The notes below the pieces were generated by a model. It saw nothing but the letters and a program-made list of their open reading frames with translations. It was not told where the DNA came from and did no database searches. A DNA stretch of 64,000 nt, from contig JAVKIP010000008.1 in the NCBI GenBank assembly GCA_031459385.1, positions 64,001 through 128,000 on the forward strand, read 5' to 3'. Position numbers and translations under genes: made by a program. Within the stretch, counting starts at the first letter, position 1. The number at the start of each line of letters is the position of its first letter. This DNA is from Candidatus Fervidifonticultor secundus. Lineage in GTDB: Bacteria > Sysuimicrobiota > Sysuimicrobiia > Sysuimicrobiales > Humicultoraceae. Below are positions 31,183-41,090 of the stretch, piece by piece.

Positions 31183-32037
31183 CTACTGCGGGCGCTGCAA
31201 CGCCGGCCGCTGCTGGCCCAGCCACGCGTCGAACGCGGCCTGACGCTCGACCACGACCCGGCCCCGCATGACGTAGTGGCCGACGCCGCACAGCTCGGCG
31301 CAGGCGATCTCGTAGGTCCCGGTCCGGGTGGGCGTGAACCAGGTCTCCACTGTCATGCCGGGCACCGCGTCTTGCTTGACGCGGAACTCGGCGATGAAGA
31401 AGCTGTGGATCACGTCCCGGGCCCGCACGCGCACCCGCACGGGCCGGTCCACGACCAGGTGGAGGTCGCGGCTGACGACGTCGTCGGCCGCGGCCGGGTC
31501 GGCGGGATCGAGCCCGAAGGGGTTCCGCCGCAGGTCGATCAGCCTGGGGTCGGTGCGCCCGAACGTCCCGTCGGGCCCGGGGTAGCGGGCCATCCAAGCG
31601 AACTGCTCGCCGCGCACTTCCACCACCATGGCATCGGCAGGCGGCGCGCTGTGGATTCGCGACCACACCACGGCGCTCATCGACACCATGACCGCCAACC
31701 CCACGGCCGGCACGATGGTGTAAGTCAGCTCCAGGCGGCGGTGCTCGTGCCAGTGCGCGGCCCGTTCGTCCCCGCGCGCGCCATGGCGCCACACCAGGTA
31801 GCCCAGGAACGCGTGCACCAGGATGAAGATCGCTCCGGTGATCCACAGCGTGCTGTAGAAGAGGCGGTCGATCAGCACGCCGTGCACCGACGCCACCGGC
31901 GGCAGCCACCAGCGTCCGCGCGCGAGCAGCGTGAACGCCACGCCCGCGACCATGGTGGCGGCGATCAGCGCGGCCACCCTGGCCGCGGTGCGGCGTTCGT
32001 CCCCGTCAGCGTGCGTGGGCATCCGAGGCGTCCCCAT
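31183..32037 (-). CDS. ctaC: Cytochrome c oxidase subunit II (CuA)
   Basis: DVIHSF, CAELCGVGHYVM; start may be 32022. Confidence 0.92.
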   Translation of the reverse strand: MGTPRMPTHADGDERRTAARVAALIAATMVAGVAFTLLARGRWWLPPVASVHGVLIDRLFYSTLWITGAIFILVHAFLGYLVWRHGARGDERAAHWHEHRRLELTYTIVPAVGLAVMVSMSAVVWSRIHSAPPADAMVVEVRGEQFAWMARYPGPDGTFGRTDPRLIDLRRNPFGLDPADPAAADDVVSRDLHLVVDRPVRVRVRARDVIHSFFIAEFRVKQDAVPGMTVETWFTPTRTGTYEIACAELCGVGHYVMRGRVVVERQAAFDAWLGQQRPALQRPQ

Positions 32038-32216
32038 CAGCGGGTTCGTCGCGTTCGACGGGGGGGACAATTAGCCCCGCGCCTGCCGGACTCCTGCCGT
32101 GGCGGCGTCGGCCTCCCGCACCGGGTGTGCGCGCAGCAGGGCGGTGCCCGTGTTCCACGGAAAGAAGGCGTAGGGGAATGCGGCGCGCCGGCGCGCCGGC
32201 CGACGGGAGACGTGGT

Positions 32217-33119
32217 GTGGACGCGATCGCCCACCTGAAGACGTTCTTCGAGGGCGAGGACGAGGTGGCCGCCGTCTACGTCTACGGCCGGTACCCTCCC
32301 GGGCCGAGCTTTCCCGACACCGACATCGAGCTGGCGCTGCTCTTCCCCGACGAGGCCGACGAAGACGACGTGCGCGCGTACCTCGAGCGGCTCTCTGAGC
32401 AGAACCCCCTGGGCCCCCTGCCCGGCATCCTGATGCCCTCGGCACTCAACAGCCATATCCTCCCCGTGGTGTACGAGGTGTTGACGGCCGGGGTGCTGCT
32501 GGTGGACAACGATCCCATCGCCCGGGAGGCGTTCACCGCCCGCGTGCAGGCCCGGCTGGAGGCCGAGCGTGCCCGTCTGCTGCACGAGGCCCGCACGGCG
32601 ATCCTGCAGGCCCGGTCCCTCGGCCTGGCCCAGCCCGCCACGCCCGGGCCTGTGCTGCCGCAGCCCCCGACGTACCTCGATCCGTTGCGTGTCGGCTGGC
32701 GGCTGGGGCGGCTGCTGGGGTCCTCGGGCATGCTCGAGACGCTCACGCGCGACGCCGAGGCCGCCGCTCGCGACGCCGACCGCCTGGCGCAGGTGCTCGG
32801 CTGGTTCAGCAACGGGGCGGGCGCGGCCACCGGCATCGCCAAGGCCATGCTGAGCATCTTCGATCTCGAGCGGCCGCCTCGGCGCTGGCAAGTGTTCCTG
32901 CCGCTGGCCGACAGCGCCCTGTTGCCGATGGACCTGGCGCTGGAGCTGGCGGCGATGGTCGAGGTGCGCTGGCAGGTACTCACCTCCACCGGCCTGCTGT
33001 CGGCGGAGCGGCTGGTGGCACGCGTCCGGGGCTTCCTGCCCGCCATGGTGGCATTCGCCCGGCAGGCCGCGTGGTTCTGCGAGGTGCCCGGCGGCGCAGG
33101 CGATGCGCACGTCCACTGA
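32217..33119 (+). CDS. Minimal nucleotidyltransferase-like domain fused to a HEPN/DUF86-like domain, with degenerate motifs
   Basis: VAAVYVYGR..G....DTDIELALL resembles MNT hFGS..G...SDhD; C-half P...QVF..LA....L..DLA..L..M..VRWQVLT resembles DUF86; matched by eye only. Confidence 0.6.
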   Translation: MDAIAHLKTFFEGEDEVAAVYVYGRYPPGPSFPDTDIELALLFPDEADEDDVRAYLERLSEQNPLGPLPGILMPSALNSHILPVVYEVLTAGVLLVDNDPIAREAFTARVQARLEAERARLLHEARTAILQARSLGLAQPATPGPVLPQPPTYLDPLRVGWRLGRLLGSSGMLETLTRDAEAAARDADRLAQVLGWFSNGAGAATGIAKAMLSIFDLERPPRRWQVFLPLADSALLPMDLALELAAMVEVRWQVLTSTGLLSAERLVARVRGFLPAMVAFARQAAWFCEVPGGAGDAHVH

Positions 33120-33203
33120 GCCCGGCCCGCCCGGGGGCCAAGGAACCCGCCGGGGGCGGCGCGAAGAAACGCAGCGCAGCGCGCTAGCGATTCGGAGGCG
33201 TCA

Positions 33204-33482
33204 GTGACCGAGCCGGTGCAGATCGCGATTCAGCCCACGCCGAACGTCAACGCCATGAAGTTCGTTCTGAACCGGCGGGTGACCGACGGCCGCAGCCAGA
33301 CGTTCCGATCGGCCGACGAGGCTGCCGGACACCCGCTGGCGGCGCGGTTGCTGGCGATCCCTGGCGTCGTGCAGGTGTTTCTGTTGAACGACTTCCTGAC
33401 GGTGACGCGGGATCCCGCGGTCGCATGGGAGGAGATCGTCGACGCGGCGCAGGCCGCGATCCGTGCCCACTATGCCGGCTGA
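33204..33482 (+). CDS. NifU N-terminal domain (Nfu_N) protein
   Basis: PTPNVNAMKF, PLAARLLAIPGVVQVF...DFLTVT...W; RBS GGAGG. Confidence 0.85.
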   Translation: MTEPVQIAIQPTPNVNAMKFVLNRRVTDGRSQTFRSADEAAGHPLAARLLAIPGVVQVFLLNDFLTVTRDPAVAWEEIVDAAQAAIRAHYAG

Positions 33483-33525
33483 GGTCCGTGCGCCGGCAAC
33501 AGCACAGGAAGGCGGAGGGATCAGC

Positions 33526-34026
33526 GTGACGGACAAGCCATTCGAGGTCGTCGCTGAGATCGCCCTGCAGGGCCTGCCGACCAGCAGCGATATCGCGCGC
33601 ATCGACGACGCCGTGGAGCGCGCGCGGCGGAGCGCCCCCGCGGTGGTGCGTGCCACGCTGAGTCCGCCGGCGCGCTTCCGCGACGGCGGCTACTGCCTGG
33701 AGGCCCGGTTCGTGGCGTGGGCGGCCGACGGCCCCGCCGCCCAGGCGGCAGTGGAGGCTCTCTTGCGCGCCGCTGGCGTGACGGCCCGTACGGTGTACCT
33801 CTCCGGCCGGGCGCTCGCGGCTGCGGACGTCCCGCCTCCTGCGGCGCCCGCGGGTGCGGGCGCTGGCCGCGCGGCCGCGCGCCGGCCCGCTGCGCCGGCG
33901 CGCCGGCGGGGCGCGCGGACGGCCGCCAGGCCCCGCGACGCCACACCCCGTGGTCGCGCGGCCAGGCCGGCGCGGGGGGCGGCGAAAGGCGGAAGGGGCG
34001 CGCGCGGGGGCGGCCGGGGACGCTAG
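33526..34026 (+). CDS. Hypothetical protein with Arg/Ala/Gly-rich basic tail
   Basis: RBS GGAGGG before GTG; globular-looking first ~100 aa followed by a low-complexity tail. Confidence 0.6.
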   Translation: MTDKPFEVVAEIALQGLPTSSDIARIDDAVERARRSAPAVVRATLSPPARFRDGGYCLEARFVAWAADGPAAQAAVEALLRAAGVTARTVYLSGRALAAADVPPPAAPAGAGAGRAAARRPAAPARRRGARTAARPRDATPRGRAARPARGAAKGGRGARGGGRGR

Positions 34027-35321
34027 TCGGCCGTCTCCGCCTCCGGGACGTCGGCAGCCAGCCAGACCGGGGCTTCCAGCAGGCGCCGGATCTCTCCCAG
34101 GAACTGTGCGGCTTCGGCGCCGTCGGTCACCCGGTGGTCGGCGGAGAGCGTCGCCTGCATCACCGTGGCCACCTGCACGGTGCCATCGCGCACCACCGGC
34201 GTGGGCTTCGCGGCGCCCACGGCCAGAATCGCCGCCTGCGGCGGGTTCACGATGGCCGCAAACATGTCCACCGCGTAAGGTCCCAGGTTGCTCACCGTGA
34301 ACGTGCCACCCGTGAGGTCGTCGGGCCGCAGGTGCCCGGCGCGCGCCCGCTCGATGAGCGCCCTGCTCTCGCGGGCGATGACCCACAGGGGCTTGCGGTC
34401 CACGTCGTGGAGGACCGGCGAGATCAGCCCCTCGGCCACGGGCACGGCGATGCCGATGTTGATGGCGCCCGGATACCGGATCACCTCGCCCGCGAACGAG
34501 GCGTTCAGGTTCGGGTAGCGCCGCAGGGCCAGCGCCGCCGCCCGCACGACCAGGTCGTTGACGGTGATCTTGGCGGCGTCGGGCAGCCGCTCGTTGAGCT
34601 GCCGGCGCAGGTCCAGCGCCGCGTCCATGGCGATCGCCATCGTCACGTAGAAGTGCGGGGCCTGCTGCTTGCTCTCGGTCATCCGGCGCGCGATGGTGGC
34701 GCGCATGCGGGAGACCGGGACGTCGCGGGCGGGCGCCGGCTCCCCGGCGGCGGGTGCAGCCGCCGGCGCGCGAGCGGCCGCGCGGGCCGCCAGCGCCGCC
34801 TCCACGTCGTCCTTGGTGACGCGTCCGTCCGGCCCGCTGCCACGGATCGTCTCCAGCGCGAGACCGTGTTCTGCCGCCAGCCGGCGCGCCAGGGGGGATG
34901 CCCGGACCGGGCCGGCGGCGCCCGCAGGGCCCGGCGCCGCCGCAGGGGCCGGCCTCGCGGGGGCTGCCGATGCCGGCGGCGCGCCGGTCGCCTCTCGTGC
35001 CGCCTGCACAGGCGGGGCCGCCGCTGGCCCCCGGGCCGCCTGTGCCTCTGCCCGCGATGGCGCAGGCGCCGCAGCCGCCGCTTCACCCGGCCGCGTCAGG
35101 TCCGCAATGGGCGCGCCCACGGGCACGACGCCGCCCGCGTCCACCAGGATGCGGCTGAGCACGCCGTCCCACTCGGCCTCGATCTCCACGTTCACCTTGT
35201 CGGTCTCGATCTCGGCGATGGGCTCGCCCTTGCGCACGGCCTCCCCGGCCTGCTTGAGCCACCGCAGCACTTTGCCCTCGGTCATGGCGTCGCCCAACTT
35301 GGGCATGATGACCTCGGCCAT
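34023..35321 (-). CDS. pdhC: Pyruvate dehydrogenase E2 (dihydrolipoamide acetyltransferase)
   Basis: Lipoyl motif IETDKV, ASPLARRLA, SADHRVTDG. Confidence 0.92.
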   Translation of the reverse strand: MAEVIMPKLGDAMTEGKVLRWLKQAGEAVRKGEPIAEIETDKVNVEIEAEWDGVLSRILVDAGGVVPVGAPIADLTRPGEAAAAAPAPSRAEAQAARGPAAAPPVQAAREATGAPPASAAPARPAPAAAPGPAGAAGPVRASPLARRLAAEHGLALETIRGSGPDGRVTKDDVEAALAARAAARAPAAAPAAGEPAPARDVPVSRMRATIARRMTESKQQAPHFYVTMAIAMDAALDLRRQLNERLPDAAKITVNDLVVRAAALALRRYPNLNASFAGEVIRYPGAINIGIAVPVAEGLISPVLHDVDRKPLWVIARESRALIERARAGHLRPDDLTGGTFTVSNLGPYAVDMFAAIVNPPQAAILAVGAAKPTPVVRDGTVQVATVMQATLSADHRVTDGAEAAQFLGEIRRLLEAPVWLAADVPEAETAD

Positions 35322-36307
35322 CAACGGTCCTCGCGGTAGAGGGTTCGGCGGACCGCAGCCACGATCTCGGCCTCGTGCGGGGTCGCCAGCAGTTCCAGGT
35401 CGCGCGCATAGGGCATGGGGACGTCCGCACCTGTCACGCGCTCCACCGGCGCGTCCAGCAGGTCGAAGGCGCCCTCGTAGATCGTCGCGGCGAGCTCCGC
35501 CGCGGCGCCGAAGGGCTTCCACTGCTCCTGGACCACCACGGCGCGGTGCGTCTTCGCCACCGAACGGACGATCGTCTCGGCGTCCAGCGGCCGGAGCGAG
35601 CGCAGGTTGATCACCTCGGCGTCGATGCCGTCCTCGGCCAGCTGGCTCGCCGCCTGCAGCGCCACGAAGAGCATCCGGCTGTAGGCGACGATCGTCACGT
35701 CCCGTCCGGGCCGCACCACCTCAGCGCGGCCGAACGGCAGGGCGCCGTCGCCGTCGGGCACCGGGCCCTTCATGCCGTACAACGCCGCGTTCTCGAGGAA
35801 GATCACCGGGTCCTTGCCGCGGATTGCCGTGCGCAGCAGGCCCCGGGCATCCGCCGGGGTCGCCGGCACCGCGACCCGAAGCCCGGGCACGTGCGCGTAG
35901 AACACCTCGACGCTCTGGGAGTGCTGCGCGGAGAGCTGGACGCCCGCGCCGTTGGGGCCGCGGATCACCAGGGGCACGTCCACCTGCCCGCCCGAGAAGT
36001 AGCGCACCTTCGCGGCGTTGTTGACGATCTGGTCGAAAGCCAGCAACGAGAAGTTCCAGGTCATCACCTCGACGACCGGCCGCAGGCCCAGCATCGCCAT
36101 GCCGATCGCCGCGCCGACGAACCCTTCCTCGGAGATCGGGGTGTCGATGACGCGCCGCGGGCCGAACCGCGCCAGCAGGTCGGCGGTGACCCGGAACGTG
36201 CCCTGGTACAGCCCGATGTCCTCGCCCAGCAGCAGCACAGCAGGATCGCGCTCCATCTCCTCGATGAGCGTGGAGCGGATGGCGTCGCGGTAGGTGACCT
36301 CAGCCAT
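35321..36307 (-). CDS. pdhB: Pyruvate dehydrogenase E1 beta
   Basis: GEDIG, DTPISE, DQIVNNAAK, SAQHSQ. Confidence 0.92.
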   Translation of the reverse strand: MAEVTYRDAIRSTLIEEMERDPAVLLLGEDIGLYQGTFRVTADLLARFGPRRVIDTPISEEGFVGAAIGMAMLGLRPVVEVMTWNFSLLAFDQIVNNAAKVRYFSGGQVDVPLVIRGPNGAGVQLSAQHSQSVEVFYAHVPGLRVAVPATPADARGLLRTAIRGKDPVIFLENAALYGMKGPVPDGDGALPFGRAEVVRPGRDVTIVAYSRMLFVALQAASQLAEDGIDAEVINLRSLRPLDAETIVRSVAKTHRAVVVQEQWKPFGAAAELAATIYEGAFDLLDAPVERVTGADVPMPYARDLELLATPHEAEIVAAVRRTLYREDR

Positions 36308-37352
36308 CCGGGGCGTCGCCGTAGACGTGCCGCACCAGCTCGTCCGGCGGGGGTGGCGGGCTCTCCTCAGCGAAGCGCACGGCGTCGTCCACGATCTGCT
36401 CCGCCTCTTCCTGGATCCGCGCCACGGCCGCGTCGTCCAGGAGGCCCGCGTCGCGGAGCCGGCGCTCGAGGAGCGCGATGGGATCGCGCCGCCGCTGCGC
36501 TTCGACCTCGTCCTTGGTGCGGTAGGGCTGGAACAGGTCGGCGGCGCCGTGGCCGGCGAAGCGGTACGTCACCGCCTCGACGGCGTGCGGCCGGCCCGTG
36601 GCCCGCGCCTGGGCGATGACGCGCGCCGCCGTCTCGCGCACCGCGAAGAAGTCCATGCCGTTGACACGCTCGGCGGGGATGGCGTACTGCGCGAAGCGCG
36701 ACGCCAGGTCGGGGACGGCTGACGAGCGCGCCACCGAGGTGCCCATGGCATACTGGTTGTTCTCGACGATGAGCACCAGCGGGCACAGCCCGTCCTTTCC
36801 CCACAGCCCGGCCATGTTGAGCGCCTCATGGAAGGCACCGCTGTTCATGGCGCCGTCACCCAGGAAGCACAGGCACACGCGGTCCTCCTGCCGGTAGCGG
36901 AGCGCATAGGCCGCGCCGACAGCCAGCGGGATGTGCCCGCCGACGATGCCGTAGCCGCCGTAGAAGCCACGCGCGACGTCGAACAGGTGCATCGAGCCGC
37001 CCTTGCCGCGGGCGAGCCCGGTGACCTTGCCAAACAGCTCCGCCATGACTTCGCCGGGCGGCGCGCCGCGGAACAGGGCATGGGCGTGGTCGCGGTAGGC
37101 GGTGAAGAAGATGTCGTCCGGCCGCAGCTCGGCCAGGAAGCCGGCTGCCACCGCTTCCTGCCCGACGTAGACGTGCAGGTAGCCACCGATCTTGCCGCGC
37201 CGGAACGCCCGTTCGGTCTCCTCCTCGAAGCGACGGGCGATGACCATCTGCCGGTACCAGGCGAGGGCCGATGCGAGGTGCTCGGGCGACCGGCGGTCCG
37301 TGGTGACGGCAGAGGTGGCGCCGTCGTCGGGCCGGCCCGTCCGGTTGGGCAT
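36300..37352 (-). CDS. pdhA: Pyruvate dehydrogenase E1 alpha
   Basis: GYLHVYVGQEA, YRDH, GKGGSMH, GDGA...ENNQYAMGT. Confidence 0.92.
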   Translation of the reverse strand: MPNRTGRPDDGATSAVTTDRRSPEHLASALAWYRQMVIARRFEEETERAFRRGKIGGYLHVYVGQEAVAAGFLAELRPDDIFFTAYRDHAHALFRGAPPGEVMAELFGKVTGLARGKGGSMHLFDVARGFYGGYGIVGGHIPLAVGAAYALRYRQEDRVCLCFLGDGAMNSGAFHEALNMAGLWGKDGLCPLVLIVENNQYAMGTSVARSSAVPDLASRFAQYAIPAERVNGMDFFAVRETAARVIAQARATGRPHAVEAVTYRFAGHGAADLFQPYRTKDEVEAQRRRDPIALLERRLRDAGLLDDAAVARIQEEAEQIVDDAVRFAEESPPPPPDELVRHVYGDAPDG

Positions 37353-37533
37353 GCCGTCCTGCTCCTTCCCCGCCGCCTCGTAGGCCGAAGGATGAGCCGC
37401 GCGCGAACGCGGCGGTGCCGGCGCCGCGCGTGCACTCCATTACTATACCAGATCCGCGCAACCGGTCGGCACGCGCTATTTGCGCCCGGGCCGCCCGCCG
37501 GGTAGGCTAGAGGCGGCGCCGAAGGGAGCCCGC

Positions 37534-38577
37534 ATGCCGACCGACACACTCGACGCGTTCATCGCGATGTTGCCCAAGGTCGAGCTCCACCTGCACCTGG
37601 AGACCTCGCTGCGCCTGCGCCGTCTGGCCGAGCGCGCCGGCGAGGGACCCGCGCTGGGCGCGCCGCACCTGGTGGCCGACCCCGCGGTGTTCGTCGGCTA
37701 CGACCGCCTGCGACGGCTGCGGTATGCCGGCCGGGTCGGCCGGGTGCCCGACGCGTGGTACACGCGTGAGCGGATCGCGGCCATCACGGCGGAGTTGCTG
37801 CGGGAGGCGGCGGCGCAGGGCGTCCGCCACGTCGAGGTGCGGGTGGGCGGCCGCCGCGGCTTCACGCTCCTCGGGGTGCGCGGCATGCTCGAGGCGATGG
37901 CTGAGGGCGCGGCCAGTGTCCGCGGGCTCGGCATCGGCTACGGCGCCATCGTCACCGTGGTGCGCGAGCGCGGCCCCGACGACGCCGCGCGCCTGGTGGC
38001 AGAGGCGGTGGCCTGCCGCGACTGCGGCGTGGTCGGCATCGACCTGGCCGGCGACGAGCAGAACTTCCCGCCGGCCCTCTTCGCCGCGGCGCTGCGTCCG
38101 GCCCGTGACGCCGGGCTGGGCCTGGCGGTGCACGCCGGCGAGTTCGCCGGCCCGGCGGGGATCTGGACCGCGCTCTACCATCTGGGCGCCGACCGCGTCG
38201 GCCACGGCATCCGCGCCGTGGAGGATCCCGCGCTGGTGGACCATCTGCGCGACCGCAGCGTGACCCTTGAGGTGTGCCCCACGAGCAACGTACGGCTGGG
38301 CCTGGTGCCGTCGCTGGCCCAGCACCCGGTGGGGATGCTGCGCCGGGCGGGCGTGGCGGTCACCATCAACAGCGACGACCCGCTGCTGCTCGGGACCACG
38401 CTCACCCGCGAGCTGGCGGCCGTGGCCCGTGCGCACCGCCTGACGCCGGCCGACCTGGTCGAGCTGCAGGCGACGGCAGCCCGGGCGGCGTTTGCCCCCG
38501 ATGCGGTTCGCCGCGCGCTGGACGCCGCGGTCCGCGCGGCGCCGCTGCCCGCCGCAGGTGGCAGCCCCGCGCCTTGA
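37534..38577 (+). CDS. add: Adenosine deaminase family protein
   Basis: PKVELHLHLE, HAGE, RVGHG, CPTSN, INSDDP; substrate not determinable. Confidence 0.8.
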   Translation: MPTDTLDAFIAMLPKVELHLHLETSLRLRRLAERAGEGPALGAPHLVADPAVFVGYDRLRRLRYAGRVGRVPDAWYTRERIAAITAELLREAAAQGVRHVEVRVGGRRGFTLLGVRGMLEAMAEGAASVRGLGIGYGAIVTVVRERGPDDAARLVAEAVACRDCGVVGIDLAGDEQNFPPALFAAALRPARDAGLGLAVHAGEFAGPAGIWTALYHLGADRVGHGIRAVEDPALVDHLRDRSVTLEVCPTSNVRLGLVPSLAQHPVGMLRRAGVAVTINSDDPLLLGTTLTRELAAVARAHRLTPADLVELQATAARAAFAPDAVRRALDAAVRAAPLPAAGGSPAP

Positions 38578-38602
38578 TTTGTTGAGTGAATTACTCTAGA
38601 AT
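38574..38602 (+). promoter_or_regulatory. Sigma70 promoter of the suf operon with a palindrome in the spacer
   Basis: TTGATT(38574-79)-N17-TAGAAT(38597-602); GAGT-GAATT-ACTC at 38584-96. Confidence 0.65.
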
Positions 38603-38655
38603 TCTGCTGGCATCTCGTGGGTGCCGCAGGGCAGGGTCTACACGGGGAGGAGCCC

Positions 38656-39486
38656 ATGGCCGATCTCGTCATCCGCGACCTGCACGTCCAGGTCGAGGAC
38701 AAAGTGATTCTCAAGGGGGTCACCCTCGACGTCAGCCGGGGCGAGATTCACGCCCTCATGGGGCCCAACGGCTCCGGCAAGAGCACCCTGGCCAACGTCT
38801 TGATGGGCAACCCCTTCTACCAGGTCGTGCGCGGCGAGGTGCTCTACAAAGGCGAGGACCTGCTGGCGATGTCGCCCGACGAGCGGGCCCGCAGGGGGCT
38901 GTTCATCGCCTTCCAGTACCCGGTGAGCATCCCCGGGGTGACCATGGCCAGCTTCCTGCGCACCGCCGTCTCGGCGCGCAGGGGGCTGGAGCAGGAGCTG
39001 GTTCCGGTGGCCGAGTTCCAGCGCCTGTTGCGGGCGAAGCTCGACGCGCTGAAGATCGACCCGTCCATCCTCGGGCGGTACGTCAACGAGGGCTTCTCCG
39101 GCGGCGAGAAGAAGCGCGCCGAGATCCTCCAGATGGCCCTGCTGGAGCCCGAGATCGCCATCATGGACGAGACCGACTCGGGGCTGGACATCGACTCGGT
39201 GAAGATCGTGGCCGACGGCATCATGCGCATGTACGAGGAGCAGCGGGGTGGGATGGGGGTGCTGGTCATCACCCACTACTCGCGCATCCTCCAGTACATC
39301 ACGCCCCACCACGTCCACATCATGCACGACGGGCGCCTGGTGGTCTCCGGCGGGCCCGACCTGGCCCACGAGCTGGAAGAGCGCGGGTACGAGGAGATCC
39401 GCAAGCAGTTCGAGGTGATCGCCGCCGAGGTCCAGGAGGCCGGCGCGGTGCGCCGTGCCGGGAAGGTGTTCTGGGTGGTACACTAG
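38656..39486 (+). CDS. sufC: Fe-S cluster assembly ATPase
   Basis: MGPNGSGKSTL, NEGFSGGEKKR, DETDSGLDID, ITHY. Confidence 0.96.
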   Translation: MADLVIRDLHVQVEDKVILKGVTLDVSRGEIHALMGPNGSGKSTLANVLMGNPFYQVVRGEVLYKGEDLLAMSPDERARRGLFIAFQYPVSIPGVTMASFLRTAVSARRGLEQELVPVAEFQRLLRAKLDALKIDPSILGRYVNEGFSGGEKKRAEILQMALLEPEIAIMDETDSGLDIDSVKIVADGIMRMYEEQRGGMGVLVITHYSRILQYITPHHVHIMHDGRLVVSGGPDLAHELEERGYEEIRKQFEVIAAEVQEAGAVRRAGKVFWVVH

Positions 39487-39525
39487 CGGCGGATGCTGGC
39501 GCCTGCGCGGCGCGGGGAGAGGATC

Positions 39526-40929
<1,404 letters not shown>

Positions 40930-41025
40930 CCCGCCCCGCCCGGCGCTGCGCGGGTTCCGGCCCCGGGCCGCATGGCTTCGGGTCGCCGCCTGGCGCTGCG
41001 CGGTAGGCGGCGCGGGACGTCTCCC

Positions 41026-41058
41026 CGGAGGAGGCAGGCATCGCGCCTGCCTCCTCCG
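41026..41058. other. Perfect 14-bp stem-loop between sufB and sufD
   Basis: CGGAGGAGGCAGGC-ATCGC-GCCTGCCTCCTCCG; no U-tract. Confidence 0.7.
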
Positions 41059-41090
41059 CACGGGAGCATCGACGTGACGGAGGCAGTGGC

